A stretch of 64,000 nucleotides of DNA from Eledone cirrhosa (taxonomy: Eukaryota): NCBI GenBank assembly GCA_964016885.1, contig OZ024743.1:358546001-358610000 (forward strand), in the 5' to 3' direction. The translations under genes were made by a program, and so were the position numbers. Of this stretch, positions 36,430 to 53,349 are shown piece after piece. Position 1 is the stretch's first letter; every line of letters begins with the position of its first letter. The notes under the pieces were generated by a model. It made no database searches, was not told the DNA's origin, and saw only the letters and a list, made by a program, of their open reading frames with translations.

Positions 36430-36699
36430 TACTCTGACATTTACATAAAAAATAAAAATCTCTTTCTTTTTAAATGTAATTTACAAGTTAGGTTCACCAG
36501 AGAGAAATTGTGAAACAACTATTTTATAATTGTTTCACAATTGATCTTAATGTATAAGGTCCTTCTTTGTAAACCATACTTATTTTAACAAGTATTTGCT
36601 CTAAACAGGATTCATTCATCTGATGAATATCCTACTGCAGAAATTAAAAATATATTCACAAGTATGGAAATAATTATGTGTTTCTTTATCTTAAGTCCA

Positions 36700-37366
36700 A
36701 TAACAGTATATACACACATTATCAACTAGTAACAGTGTATACTTATATATACATACAGTCAACCAATAACTATATACGCATTGTCAACGAGTTACAGTAT
36801 ATACATACAGTCAAATGATGATGGTGATGATCAACAAATAATAACATTATATACACACACATTATCAACCAGTAACATTATATGTATACATTGTCAACTA
36901 AAAACACTATAGACACATATTGTCAACCAGTAATAGTGTATTTATACATTGTCAAACTGTAATAGTGTATACATACATTGTCAACCTGTAATAGCGTATA
37001 TATACTTTGTCAACCAGTAATAGTGTATATATACATTGTCAACCTGTAATAGTGTATACATACTTTGTCAACCAGTAATAGTGTATATATACATTGTCAA
37101 CCTGTAGTAGTGTATATATACAGTCAACCAGTAATAGTGTATATATACATTGTCAACCTCTAACAGTGTATATTTATAGTTATATACACATTTTGTCAAA
37201 CAATAACAGTATAGACACATGTCAAACTAAAAACACTATAGACACACATTATCAACCATTAACAGTGTATACTTATATATATATATATATACACACAGTG
37301 TCAACCAGTAACAATATATACACACATTGTCAACTACTAATAGTATATACATACATTGTCAACTAA
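36700..37366. repeat. 29-bp minisatellite, copy B
   Basis: Same unit as 9700-10226; longer array. Confidence 0.9.
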
Positions 37367-38293
37367 TAAGTGTATTCAGTCATATTTACTACAGTAAAAT
37401 TTGTGGAAAATAATTTCTTCAAATTATTAATTTAACTCATAAACATCATCATCATCATCATCATCAATGATTAACGTCTATCTTCCATGCTCGCATGGGT
37501 TAGACATGTTTGTACCATTTAGAGACATGTTGGGTCAATTGACCGTATCTTGCTCATATAAGACTGTTTCTGGCTGGATGCCCTTCCTAATGACAACCAC
37601 ATTTACAGTGTATGCTGGGTGCTTTTTGCCGTGTCTTGTACACGACCACTTTACAGTGTGTAACACAAAACAAACAAAAATGTATCTGTGCATTTTGTCA
37701 CCAAAATTTTCAAATGCAAATTAATAGCGTTAGGCATGACCATATTTGTAAAGACGTGTCAGAGATGGGTTCATTTAATACTCTCTGGTGTTTCTCTCTT
37801 ACAGGACATCTAGCATACTCTCTGTTGCTGGCAACATTATTACATCTGTTACAAGTCTCCAGCAAGATAACCTACTCTGTTTACTCTTCCTTTGTGTTGG
37901 CTGTTAATAACATTGTCAACTCAGTCCATTTGCTTTTCAATGTCTTGTAACTGGATGATATGACACTGTGGTTCTCTTAATCTTTAGCACGGTAGTAATT
38001 TTTATGAGTTGTTTCCCTTGACACTGCATTGTCTATTAAGGGGAGATTACTCATAGGATGCATTTTGCTGCTGCGTGCTGAAGGTTACAACCTTCAGAAC
38101 ATCATCTCAGCCCTAGTGTTCCTCGGACTTCAAACTAACTTGTCCAAGTCAGAGGTGATGTGAGTTACAGCAAAACTCAGTCCATTCCAACTGGGGCAAG
38201 TTGTACTGCAAGGGATGATGCTAACATTCTCAACTCTCTAATCTTGAAAGTCATATGAGAATGTCTGGAGGCCAAATAAGCTAACCTAGCAAG

Positions 38294-38843
<550 letters not shown>

Positions 38844-40763
38844 ACAACTATAAAAATTATGAAAGTGCCTTCTCATTTAGATAGAGAATTGTGCATTGGA
38901 ATTTGTGATATATTTTTTCTAAATGCAAGGATAATTATGTCATTTACCAATCTACTTTTTAAATTTTCTTTTATATTTTATATAAATTAAAATAAAACTA
39001 ATTTATTAGGTTAATTTTAGTGAGACACTCACACATGTACACCAGATCCAAATACAGAAAGTTAACTCCCACTGTCACCGCCTCTGTCTCTCCCCATCTC
39101 ATTATTATGGGCAAATGGGGAGGGGAATTAGATATAGAGTGCAGGAGAGAAGATTGCTGGTATGGATTGACATGTGATGGTTGTTGTAAAGAAGTGCAGC
39201 AGAGGGAGATCAAGGAACATCTGGATGGAAGTTTTAATAGCTGATCTCAAATTGCTGAAGCTTACAGAGGAGATGAAAGGATGCTTTGCTGGAAATGATT
39301 TGTCCAACCCATGCAAGCATGGAAAAGCTGACAAAACAATGATGATGATTAAAAGAGGACTCCAATTATTGTGATCATCATTATTGTTGCTATTTGATGT
39401 CTATTTTCCATGCTTGCATGGGTTAGACGGGTTTGTCATATTCCAAAGCTAAACCAGTCAGGTGGTCACATCTTCCTCATACGTTCTGCTTTTTGCTGGA
39501 AGCTTTTTATCATAGCACTAGCATTACCACCTTATAGGGTGGACTGGGTTCGTTTTATCATGATACCTACACTACTACCTTACAGGTTGGACTGAGTTCT
39601 TTTTATTGGGGCACCAGCACTGTGATATTGGTAGAAAAAAGCTGCCCAGTTATGTGACTTAATATCAACCAGATCTTAGCTTCTATATATTTATTTAAAC
39701 ATTATACTAATGTTTAGTCAACTTATTTGTATTTTACATGACCTATTCACAGCAATGGTACCTACTCTTAACAACCTGTAATGATTTTGCAGAAAATATC
39801 TAAAAACGGGTTTATTATTTCAAATGTTTATATCTTTATGATTGAATTGTGGAAATTTGCAGTAAACTAAAGAAAAGACTTTATAAGCCAAGAAATATGT
39901 GACAAAAGAAATCGATAGTAAAATGGGGAGCGGTCGGCTTATAATGAAAATAAAAATCATTACATAATGGAATTGTGAAGCAACACTTAAAACTTTTCAA
40001 TATCAAAATATTTTTTTGCTTATTTCTCAGACATAAAATAAAGAGTAGACTTATATTTGGATCAGCTTATGGAGTAATCCTTTTTTTTTTAATATTTCAA
40101 CGCCTTGTACAGTATCAATTTTTTTAATTATGTTACCTAATAATTGAACTATTCTTTAATTAAATGTTATGTAATACTTCTATATCAGTGGGGGCCTCCC
40201 TCAAATGGAAACCAGAAGGAGAGTGTAGTAAACAAAGCAGACATGGGCCTGGCCTGGGAATAGGCCTGTGTCAAGGTTTGCAACTATGCAGAATGGAAAT
40301 TTCTCATTGCCCAATACTCCATAAGGGAAAAGTGCAACTAAAAAAGGAGAAAAACATGAGGTTGCTCACCTTATTTCATTCTCAAGTTTCAGTCATTACA
40401 ATACAACAATACACCTTTGTTACTCTTGAACAAACATGATTAAATCCTTTAGTAACTTTCTGAAAGTGAGGCCTTGCAATCTCTTTTAAAATGTTAAACG
40501 TTGCAGGGATAACAAGTATTTAAACAAGAAGCTAGATAGACAATAACTTAGATAGTGATAAGTAATTCTTAAGTATAAAAAAAGCCTTAATGGAGCTCAA
40601 TTATGTCAATATTTTGGAGTAATTGCTCAAGCTTTGCCAGCTTTAAGAGAAAGCATACTCGAGAGCTAGGTCAGAAATTGTGTCCCCAAAGGAGCACTAT
40701 GACACGAAGAGAGGGACCATGATGGAGGAGAATTAAGTGAATAGATCTACCATTGGTTGATAT

Positions 40764-43219
40764 ATATAATAATAATAATAATGAAATATTGTGTACAGTG
40801 CTCAGGTGCACTACAACTCATCAAAAAGTGTATGTATAGTACATAGGGTAATTTACAAACGTCAGGAAAATGAACAGTGCATGAGTCATGATATACACGT
40901 GTGCATGCGTATGGAAGGGGTACATCAGGTGTAGTTTTGGCGAATTTCGGGAAGCATGAGGGTTTTAAAGGATGCAGTGTCTCGGCAGCTAATAACTGAC
41001 ACATGCAGTTTGTTCCATGCTTCAGTAACTCTGAGCGTGAAAAAATGTTTCAGAAAGTCATGGGAGCTGTGCTGTTTTCTGATTTTGTAGGGATGTCCAT
41101 GTGTGTTAGACACATGGAGATCAAAAAAGGTGCTCAGGGTTGTTGTTGGCGAGATGGTTAATAACTTTGTGGGTATTTACCAAGTCCATTGCCAGACGTC
41201 GGAGCTTCAATGAATCCATGCCCATGGAAGCAAGGCGTTCAGAGTATGGTAGGTGTATGATGGAGGGTATGCGCTTGGTTGCATGTCTCTGAACAGTTTC
41301 CAGGTGGTCAATGTTCTTAGCAAGATAGGAGTTCCAGACTGATGATGCGAATTCCAAGTGTGGTCGTACCATAGCTGTATACAGCTTTAAATAGATGGCT
41401 GGAGAGCGGCTCACAAAGGTCTTGCTGAGTGATGCCAAGACACCCTCGGCCTTCTTGACAATCCTAGAGACATGCTTTGTTCAACGCAAATCGCTGCTGA
41501 CACTAATGCCCAGTAACGTTCACAAGAGGACTTCTTGATATCAGTGTTGTGGACGCTGGATTTTTCCTCCCAAAATGCATGGTGGTACACTTGTCCACAG
41601 CCAGCTTCAGTTGCCAGTCTGTGATGCATTGCTGCATTGTGTCCAGGTCTGATTGTAGGAAAGAGTTGTAGATTTCAGGATCAGTCCTTTTGATTTCAAG
41701 GTACATCTGCATATTTCAGTACCGTGGCATTCTTTAAGTTGGCATCTATGTCATTAATATATGCCACAAACAAAAGGGGACCAAGAACAGATCCCTGTGG
41801 TACACCAGATGACATCTCATATGGTGAAGAATGCTGTCCTAGAACCGTGACTACCTATTTTCGGCTGATAATGAAGGATTTCAACCAGTTAAAAAGATCA
41901 TCCCTCACACCCATTGCAGAGAGTTTTGTCACAAGTCTTTTGTGTGGCACAGAATTAAAAGCCTCTGTCAGTGATCCGGGTAATGTCTTCAAGGAACTCG
42001 ATAAGCTGATCACAGCAGCTGGAGTTAGGGATAAATCCAAACTGCGAGGGCCGGATGTGGCTGTGAGAGCTCCAGAAGTTCCAAAGTGTTTCTCTGACAG
42101 GATTCCATCAGTTTTCAGTTTGGCAATACAGCTAGTAAGACTGACTGGACGATAGTTGACAGGTGACGTGCGGTCACCCTTTTTGAACAGGGGAATGACA
42201 TTGGCAGTTTTCCACTGCTCCAGAGTAGCACCATTGTTGAGACAGTATTGAAAAAAAGAAAGAAAGCTGGTGCAAAAGAAAGTACCCGCCACATTTGAGA
42301 AGCAGGTATGTAACACCATCAAGACCAGGGGAGGCATAGTTGCGCTTATTCTTAAGCTGACGTCGCAACATTGCAGGTGTAAATTCGATAGTTCTTATGG
42401 AATTTGATGGTGGAGATGGTACATTCTGGTTTTCAACAGTAAAAATGCTTGCATAGCACTCAGCAACGAGTTTTGCGCATTCTTTGGGATCGTCAGTGAT
42501 CTGGCTTGTGTGGGGATTGCGAAGAGGACCAACTGGAGAGTGAGGTCTCTGCTTTGAATGAACATATTTCCAGAACACCTTACTGTCAGGATTGGTTGTA
42601 ATGCACTGTTCAAATTCAAGCACTGCCTTTTTTGTCACTTGCTTGAGATGGTTGGAAGATCTATTCCCCTTTTTTCTGTTGGCATCTGATTCATGCAATT
42701 TATATTCCTGTTCAGCGTTCCAACGTTCTTTCCTGGCAAGTCGGACCGCTGAAGTTTCCCAAATTGCATTTTTGGGGTGGGGTTTTTCTGCTTACGTGGC
42801 ACTGATGCTGCACACGCTATCCATATTGAGTCCATGATGCTCTGGAGTATAGTGTTCACATCTCCAGAGTTATAGAACTCATGCCAGTTTGGGCACTATA
42901 GCTCAGTGCAGTACAAGTTCCAATCAAAGCAAGCAGATTGGAGATGGTTCTAGTTTTTGTTGCTGCCCACAAGAGCCAGATTGGCAATGATCATAGCATG
43001 ATCAGAGTCGCCTAGAGGTTCCTCAGTAGTACAACTGATAACCACTTCAGGAGTAGTGGTGAAGATCAGGTCCAAAGTGTTGTCACCTGTTGTTGGAGAG
43101 GTAACTACTTGTGACCAGTTTCAGTCCAGCACTAGCTCAAGGAAATCGTTTGCACTTTGTGGCCAACGAAAGGTTTCCCAATCGATCTCAGGATCATTGA
43201 AGTCACCTGCAATAAACAC
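40764..43219 (-). mobile_element. CR1-like LINE, copy C
   Basis: Same insertion site and sequence as 23443-25927. Confidence 0.9.
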
Positions 43220-44758
43220 ATATGAAGCCAGGTGATTAAGAATCCAAAGTTGACATTTGTAACTGTTGATTAAAGGCCCTGATGATCGAGTTCTTCAACC
43301 ATATTCACTGTAGCGAAAACCCTATATGGGGGTTTCCCAAACAAACATCAAGGTATGTCATTCAGATCCCAGTCTATCAGTGTCATCAACACCTAGTGCA
43401 AATAGAACAGGCCTGGAGGGGTCTCTGATTCCTGAGGTGGAAAGAAGATTGGGAAGGCTCTCAATATGTCCTCCAAGCAAAATGGTAGAGCTCCGAGGTC
43501 CTCTCACAGATCTGAGGATGACATCTCTCCCTATAGAATTGAATGACTTCTTGAGAAGGAGTTTGAGGGCCTCAGGGGTGTTAGTAAATGTTCTCGTGGC
43601 ATGGACGGTTATTTCACACCCTAATTTTTCGCCCACTCCCAACTGAACAAAGTAAAATTCCGAGATGTAGTGTGAGACTGATAATGCCACAAACGCTTGC
43701 CATAAGGCGTCTAAAAGTGCACTAAACAGCAATGAGGCGAAAGTCACCATTTGACCTCATATGACTGAATAGTTTAGCGTCGAAGAACAAAGGGAGGATA
43801 CTCTCAGAAGAGAGCGTGTTCAAGTGATTAAAAAAACACTCATTCTGTGATATTTTGCTGAGATGTTTATATATTCTTTTCGGTACTAGATAGTCCTTCT
43901 AGTGTCTCTCTTAACAAATTGTATCTTTTTAAATCTTTGATTTTCTCCATAATGATAATTTTTACTATGAGCACTTTTTTTTTAGGGTAAGTGGCAATAT
44001 TAAAACATTTTTGCGTGTCAAGTTCGCCTCAATTGAGCAGGCTCACTATTAAAGACTTTCTAATCGTGACCATTTCTTCTTTAGAGAAACAATGTATCTA
44101 GTATTACATTATTGAATGTGTTCTTTCCCTCTTGAAATAAAGCAGAGTAACTATTTTTAACAGGTCGAATGACCATGTAGAAGCTCCCTTGGTGTCACAT
44201 GCATGGATGGTATTGACATTTATTTATTTAATCAATTTAAACATCCGTGTAAAGTTAGTAAACCATAACAGATTGGTAGAGGTATTTAATAATCCTTATA
44301 ATTAAGAAACAAAACGGAGGCAAATGAAACAACAATAGCCGGTTGGTCATTTACAATATTTTGTACCTCCAATCTTTGTAGTTTTTAAAAGACGAACTTC
44401 GAGATGCCCTCCTCTTTCACAGGCTGTTGTTTACATTCTCCAACCACCATGAATATATACCTTAAGTATGGTCATTTGGTACCCGGTAGGGGTAATTAGA
44501 CGCATACTAAGAGAGAGATAATCGTCTCTGAGTATCGAGCACCACTTGGTGTCTGATAGGAGATGAAAGCTATATAAATTCTAATCTTTAATATTTACAA
44601 GTTCGTGAACGGGAAGAGTGAAGTTGAGGAACTGCCTTCGTTAGCAATAAAAGTCTGTTAGCTGAGTTCATTTATTTATTTATATAATCTATTACTTTCC
44701 CCCACATGTATGTATATGTGTGACTGATAGTGAGTGTATATAGCATTATTAGAAGAAG

Positions 44759-44950
44759 CGGTGAATTGGCAGTATCGGTAGATGGTTGGACGCCACGCTT
44801 TCTAGCATAGTTACGTCCCTTCACGGTCTGAGTTCAAATTCCGCCGAGGTTAACCTTGCCTTTCATCCTTACGGGATCGCTAAAATAAAGTACCAGTAAT
44901 GTACTGAGTGATTGCTGGCCTTGTGCCAAATGAAGAAACAATTATTAGCA
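44759..44950 (+). mobile_element. MetaSINE-like SINE, near full length
   Basis: gcggtgaattggcag head; TSD-like attattagaag/attattagcag. Confidence 0.85.
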
Positions 44951-45193
44951 GCTGCAGGAATAATTAGTCATCAACGACAACGTGCTGTGAGCTGACGGAA
45001 GTGCTTGATGATGAAAGTTTTGGCGACAATATAGAAGGGGTTCGTACCTTAATTTTTCACATATTACACTCAACATATGAAATGGTGATTGTTTAACTAA
45101 TATCCGACAGTTTACAAAGTAAACACTTAACTGTAATCAATTGTTGTATTAGGGACATGAATGGGTATTTAGTATGACGATTTGTTTCGTCTG

Positions 45194-45210
45194 CACTTCC
45201 GCTCAGCCAT
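45194..45210 (+). promoter_or_regulatory. Putative ZNF2-C promoter motif
   Basis: cacttccgctcagccat. Confidence 0.55.
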
Positions 45211-46526
45211 AACATTATATATATTTATATTTTTATCCAATGTGTGTGAGAATGAAGATAGGGGTAGATGTATGTATATAGTTCGTTTTTTGTATTTGTT
45301 TTGCAAGATTCTCGATGTGAAATCGTATTGAAACAGATATTATTATTATACATACTTATATTTACCTCTATCTTTATTCAAACATACACACACGTCTTGG
45401 TCGGGTTTTTACATCTCTCTCTTGTTACAGTAAGGAAGGAAAGGCAATACCCATGACACCTTTTCAGGCCTTCTGAGACCTGACTACTGGAAGGAAGGTA
45501 TCCGGAGACCTAGTTCGAATGCTTGAGGAGATTCCGTTAAAAGTATCCAAATACAATGTGGTCTTAAACCGGGTGAAGGATTAAGTTTACCACCATAGTA
45601 CATTACAACAGTGAACTCAGAACGCAAAACGTCGGAACAAAATCTGCAAGGCATTTTCGTCAGGCTCACTCAGTCCTGTTTACTCACCGCCCTGGGATGA
45701 TACTTTATTTTATCGACCATTAAAGAACGAAAGGCAAAATTGAGTCTGCGGGATTTGAACTCCGAGCGCAGAACAAACGACGCAATGCATTTTTATTTTA
45801 CGCTCTAACGAGATAGAGGTGTAAATATTGGTAGTAGAGGTAGAATTAAAAGTATATGTGAATATTGATAGAAATTAAAGTGATATATGTGAATATTGGT
45901 AGAAATAGATGTGAACAGAAGTGTGTATGTGTGTGTGTAAATATTGGTAGAATTATGAGTGTATTCTCATCATGATTTAACGTCTGTTCCTCCCGCTAAT
46001 ACAAACTAGTGTATATGCTATGCAATCGTGATCATTTTCCATTGTTGTAGTTCACTGTAGAAAGATGTATCCAAAATGACTTTCTGACCTACCAGACAGG
46101 CCGGAGGGGAGGGAGGTCTTTATTATGCTTACATACAGTCTTATGTTCTATCGTGTGCACAGCAGAGGTCATGTCTTTTGATACAAACTGAAAGGTCCTC
46201 ACAACCCTTTGTTTGTCAAGCTTTCTACGGCTGGATGCCCTTTCTTAAACAAGCCACTTTACAGATGGACTTGGTTCTTTTACTGTGTAAATCACCAGTA
46301 TTACAGCGGTTATGTCCTTGACACAACTGAAGAACTTCCCAAAGTTTTGTTTGGCAAGCTTTTTATGATTGGATGCCCTTCCTATCACCAACCACTTGAC
46401 GATGTGTACTGGGTGTGTTTATTGTGTAGATCACGAACACTAGAAAGGTTGTGTCATTGACACAACTGAAGGGTACACTCAATCTTTTTATGCATGCTTT
46501 TTACTGTGGGGTACCCTTCTTGTTCA

Positions 46527-47570
46527 AGTGCTTAGTTCTCCAGTGCATCTTCCACATACAAAGTCTTATCTTTTCTGTTAATCTGCTAGCAATCCCTCTA
46601 CATCTCTTATACATCCATAGATAACAATGTGTGCACCTTACAGAACTACTGTGTGCCTCTTTCTGACATACCAAAAAGAACCATTTCCTGATGGTATTCT
46701 CTTTCCCACTTATTAACACTTTTGTCTTTAAGTTTACTTTTAGGCCTTTCAACTTTAGGTTCTTCTTCCATGCTTGAATTTTGCTTCTAATCCCCCTACG
46801 GATTTAGCTATGAGGACTAGGTCACCAGCATATAAGAGCTCCCATAAGGTGCTAGTTTTAAACTTCTCAGTGATGGCCTGAAGGACAATGATAAACAGGA
46901 GTGGACTGTCAAAAGCCAGATACAGTGGCTTACTCTTAGCTAAGTACCTCTCTTATTGTTGTCTCACCATAAAGAGGGCATCAGTAGTAGCCCTGCTTGG
47001 CATAAATCCAAACTGCATCATGTCTAACTTATTTCTGTTCCTAATTAGTTGTGTTGTAACCCTTTCAGCAAATATTTTGACCTTGTCCATCAATTTCATA
47101 CCTCTATAGTTACTTCTCTCTAGTGCGTTTCCTTTGTCCTTGTAGCAGTTTGCAATGATACTGTTGCACAAGTCATTGTGTGCGACCCCTTCCTGTACTA
47201 CTTGATTAACTGTGTGTCTGACTAGTGTATATCCTACCATGCTAGATGCTTTTAGTATCTCAGCAACTATACCAGGTGGTCCAGCTGCCTTCCCTACTTT
47301 CATGTCTTTAATTGCTTCATCTACCACATTGTTGTCAACTTTTATAGTTGGGTCTGCATGGGGTAGGCCCTCGCTGTTCCATTTATTCTCTCCATTCAGC
47401 AGTCTCATAGTAAGTCTTCCATGCTTCATTCTTTTTAGCATCAGACAGAACAAGTGCTCCACTATCATTTCAAATGCACTTTTCCCCAACCACATCACGA
47501 TTTTCTCTAACAAACCTTTTGATAACCCCAAACACTTCATGACACAGAACATGAGCAAATTTCTGGAGAA
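46527..47570 (-). mobile_element. Decayed RTE LINE fragment, copy C
   Basis: Paralog of 6905-8110; retains QFGFMP. Confidence 0.85.
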
Positions 47571-47777
47571 ATAATCTAAATGTCATACAGAATTTATCCT
47601 TAAGCTGTATTGTAGTTCACTCCATTGCCTTATATGGAAGTAGATTCATCTATTACCAATAATATACTGTATTTCCAGGTACACTCTTAAATTTGTTTTC
47701 TTTAATTTCAGGACTGGTATATTGTAAAGTCGAATCTTACCAATTTGTTTCTAACAAACATTATTATTGATGAAAGA

Positions 47778-48464
47778 ATGTTTCAGAAACGGAGTAAACA
47801 GCACAGCTGTGAAATTTGTGGGAAAGTATTGTCCTCCCACTGTAAATTATTGGCTCACCACCGTACTCACACTGGAGAAAAACCATATAAATGTGAAACT
47901 TGTGGCAAAGCATTTTCACACCATGGCTCCGTTTTATCTCATAAACGTGTTCACACAGGAGAAAGGCCATACCGTTGTGAAATTTGTGGGAAAACATTTA
48001 CTTTTAATGGTCACTTGACAAGACATAGACGGTGTCATACAGGAGAACGACCCTATGTTTGTGCAATCTGTGAAAAGACATTTACTGATGTTACACATTT
48101 AACAGATCATAAACGTATTCATACAGGAGAAAAGCCCTACCAATGTGAATTTTGTGGGAAAGCATTTACTCTAATGAATCAGGTAAAAGTTCATAAGCGA
48201 ATCCATACGGGAATTAAACCGTATCATTGTGACATTTGTGGGAAATCATTTGCTCAAAATGCCCATTTAACGGGCCATAAACGTACTCACACAGGAGAAA
48301 AATCATTCCACTGCGAAATTGGTGGGAAATCCTTTACCCAAAATAGTAGTTTATCTGTTCACACGGGAGAAAACCCTTTCCAATGTGATTTTTGTGGGAA
48401 AGGATTTTCTCGAAATAGTTATTTAGTGCATCATAAGTGTATTAAGCTTGAAAAAAATCTATAA
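47778..48464 (+). CDS. ZNF2-C: shortened in-frame paralog (6 intact fingers, broken finger 7, terminal finger)
   Basis: 228 codons from ATG; 432-nt in-frame deletion relative to ZNF2-A joins SLSVH to TGENPFQC; acceptor at 47711 retained. Confidence 0.7.
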   Translation: MFQKRSKQHSCEICGKVLSSHCKLLAHHRTHTGEKPYKCETCGKAFSHHGSVLSHKRVHTGERPYRCEICGKTFTFNGHLTRHRRCHTGERPYVCAICEKTFTDVTHLTDHKRIHTGEKPYQCEFCGKAFTLMNQVKVHKRIHTGIKPYHCDICGKSFAQNAHLTGHKRTHTGEKSFHCEIGGKSFTQNSSLSVHTGENPFQCDFCGKGFSRNSYLVHHKCIKLEKNL

Positions 48465-48735
48465 TACTCTGACATTTACATAAAAAATAAAAATCTCTTT
48501 CTTTTTAAATGTAATTTACAAGTTAGGTTCACCAGAGAGAAATTGTGAAACAATTATTTTATAATTGTTTCACAATTGATCTTAATGTATAAGGTCCTTC
48601 TTTGTAAACCATACTTATTTTAACAAGTATTTGCTCTAAACAGGATTCATTCATCTGGTGAATATCCTACTGCAGAAATTAGAAATATATTCACAAGTAT
48701 GGAAATAATTATGTGTTTCTTTATCTTAAGTCCAA

Positions 48736-49460
48736 TAACAGTATATACACACATTATCAACTAGTAACAGTGTATACTTATATATACATACAGTCAACCA
48801 ATAACTATATACACATTGTCAACGAGTTACAGTATATACATACAGGCAAATGATGATGATGATGATCAACAAATAATAACACTATTTACACACACATTAT
48901 CAACCAGTAACATTATATGTATACATTGTAAACTAAAAACACTATAGACACATATTGTCAACCAGTAATAGTGTATATATACATTGTCAACCTGTAATAG
49001 TGTATATATACATTGTCAACCTGTAATAGTGTATATATACATTGTCAAACTGTAATAGTGTATACATACATTGTCAACCTGTAATAGCGTATATATACTT
49101 TGTCAACCAGTAATAGTGTATATATACATTGTCAACCTGTAATAGTGTATACATACTTTGTCAACCAGTAATAGTGTATATATACATTGTCAACCTGTAG
49201 TAGTGTATATATACAGTCAACCAGTAATAGTGTATATATACATTGTCAACCTCTAACAGTGTATATTTATAGTTATATACACATTTTGTCAAACAATAAC
49301 AGTATAGACACATGTCAAACTAAAAACACTATAGACACACATTATCAACCATTAACAGTGTATACATATATATATATATATATACACATACTGTCAACCA
49401 CTAACAATATATACACACATTGTCAACTACTAATAGTATATACATACATTGTCAACTAAT
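48736..49460. repeat. 29-bp minisatellite, copy C
   Basis: Same unit; longest array. Confidence 0.9.
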
Positions 49461-51051
49461 AAGTGTATTCAGTCATATTTACTACAGTAAAATTTGTGGA
49501 AAATAATTTCTTCAAATTATTAATTTAACTCATAAACATCATCATCATCATCATCATCATCAATGATTAACGTCTATCTTCCATGCTCGCATGGGTTAGA
49601 CATGTTTGTACCATTTAGAGACATGTTGGGTCAGGTGACCGTGTCTTGCTCATATAAGACTGTTTCTGGCTGGATGCCCTTCCTAATGACAACCACATTT
49701 ACAGTGTATGCTGGGTGCTTTTTGCTGTGTCTTTTACACAACCACTTTACAGTGTGTAACACAAAACAAACAAAAATGTATCTGTGTGCATTTTGTCACC
49801 AAAATTTTCAAATGCAAATTAATAGCGTTAGGCATGACCATATTGTAAAGACGTTTCAGAGATGGGTTCATTTAATACTCTCTCTGGTGTTTCTCTCTTA
49901 CAGGACATCTAGCATACTCTCTGTTGCTGGCAACATTATTACATCTGTTACAAGTCTCCAGCAAGATAACCTACTCAGTTTACTCTTCCTTTGTGTTGGC
50001 TGTTAATAACATTGTCAACTCAGTCCATTTGCTTTTCAATGTCTTGTAACTGGATGATATGACACTGTGGTTCTCTTAATCTTTAGCACGGTAGTAATTT
50101 TTATGAGTTGTTTCCCTTGACACTGCATTGTCTATTAAGGGGAGATTACTCATATGGTGCATTTTGCTGCTGCGTGCTGAAGGTTAAGCCTATTGATTAC
50201 AACCTTCAGAACATCATCCCAGCCCTAGTGTTCCTCGGACTTCAAACTAACTTGTCCAAGTCAGAGGTGATGTGAGTTACAGCAAAACTCAGTCCATTCC
50301 AACTGGGGCAAGTTGTACTGCAAGGGATGAGGCTAACATTCTCAACTCTCTAATCTTGAAAGTCATATGAGAATGTCTGGAGGCCAAATAAGCTAACCTA
50401 GCAAGGACGATAGATTATGTCTCATCAATGTGCATCACATGTTCTTCCTCCTGAGGAACTGCTTCACCCTCTCCAAACCTCTCTTTATGTTGTGCAGTAC
50501 ACCTCATCATCCTCATGTGGGACATCTGAGCAAACTTGATGCTATCTTCTGTCGCTGCACCAAACTTATTTGCAATGTTAGTTTCCACAATGCCAGCTAA
50601 CAACATGAGAAACTCTCCATGAGGTCCAGTAGTCTAGACCTCCATGCAAAATCTGACCTTGCCCTACAGGTCAATCAATCATCCTGTCCCAGTGCATAGG
50701 TTCCTGCAGGCTTCTGATGCTTTCTTACCTCTTTTAAAATACAAAAGCATGATTTTTGAGGGTTAAGATAAATGCACAAAATACAACCAATCTTGTCAGA
50801 GTTTCGCTATGAGCTACTTAGAAGTATCTAGTATCTAATGAGTGCATACTCAGGAGGAAGAAAGTAAAGTTAGCAACTACAAGAGCGTCTTAAGATTAAT
50901 ATTGGCAAATACTAAATTGGTGACCAAATTAACAATGGAGGTGGGTGTTCTGAAAATGCAGTAGCCAGAGTAAAAATGGGATGGAAAATGTTTGAGAAGC
51001 TACTACCGTTGCTAGCTACAAAAGGTTTTTCCTTCAAAATGAAAGGCAGAT

Positions 51052-52278
<1,227 letters not shown>

Positions 52279-52411
52279 ACAACTATAAAAATTATGAAAG
52301 TGCCTTCTCATTTAGATAGAGAATTGTGCATTGGAATTTGTGATATATTTTTTCTAAATGCAAGGATAATTGTCATTTACCAATCTACTTTTTAAATTTT
52401 CTTTTATATTT

Positions 52412-52686
52412 GTAAATGTGAAGTTATGTTGGTACCACAACATCCAGTCCAAAACAAATGAGGTCGTGTAGGTGTCACGACAAAAAAAACACACAGTCCA
52501 CGCTGTAATGTGGCCATGTAGGTAACACGGTAAAAACCTCCCAGTCCACACTGTAAACGTGGTTGGTGTTGGGAAGGGCATCCAGCCGTAGAAAACCCGC
52601 CAGACAACAAATCTTGCCTCAAGTGGGAAAACTCCCGTCCAAACCCATGCAAGCGTGGAAGATGGACGTTAAATGATGATGATGAT
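52412..52686 (+). mobile_element. SINE with V-SINE-like core and (ATG)n tail; C-specific insertion
   Basis: gggaagggcatccagccgtagaaa...ccatgcaagcgtggaa...atgatgatgatgat; absent at 21495 and ~38975. Confidence 0.75.
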
Positions 52687-53226
52687 TTTATATAAATTAA
52701 AATAAAACTAATTTATTAGGTAAATTTTAGTGAGACACACATGTACACCAGATCCAAACACAGAAACCTAACTCCCACTGTCACCGCCTCTGTCTCTCCC
52801 CATCTCTCATTATGAGCAAATGGGGGGAGGGGGATGTGCAGGCCACCCCACGGCTCTGGCAGACAGAATAAAGAAAGTGTTTCCGCAGAGGATGGTGAGG
52901 GAGATATGCTGGAAGAGCCATTACAGCTCGTGAGGCTGGAAAGAAATGTAGTAAGCATGCTTCAATGGATATGTAATGTTAATATGCATGAACAACAAAG
53001 CATGGATGAGCTGAGGGAAAAGAGGAATCAGATATAGCGTGCAGGAGAGAAAACTGCTGGTGTGGATGGACATGTGATGCATGTGAGTGATGATTGTTGC
53101 AAAGAAGTGCCAAGAAATCCCAATGGAATTGTGAAGCAACACTTAAACGACACTTAAAACCTTTCAATATCAAAATATTATTTGCTTATTTCTCAGACAT
53201 AAAATAAAGAGTAGACTTATATTTGG

Positions 53227-53347
53227 ATCAGCTTATAGAGTAATCCTTTTTTTTTTTATATTTCAATGCCTTGTACAGTATCAATTTTTTTTATTATGTT
53301 ACCTAATAAATCAACTATTCTTTAATTAAATGTTATGTAATACTTCT
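53227..53347 (+). repeat. Junction repeat R, terminal copy
   Basis: Matches 2682-2801, then diverges. Confidence 0.9.
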
Positions 53348-53349
53348 TA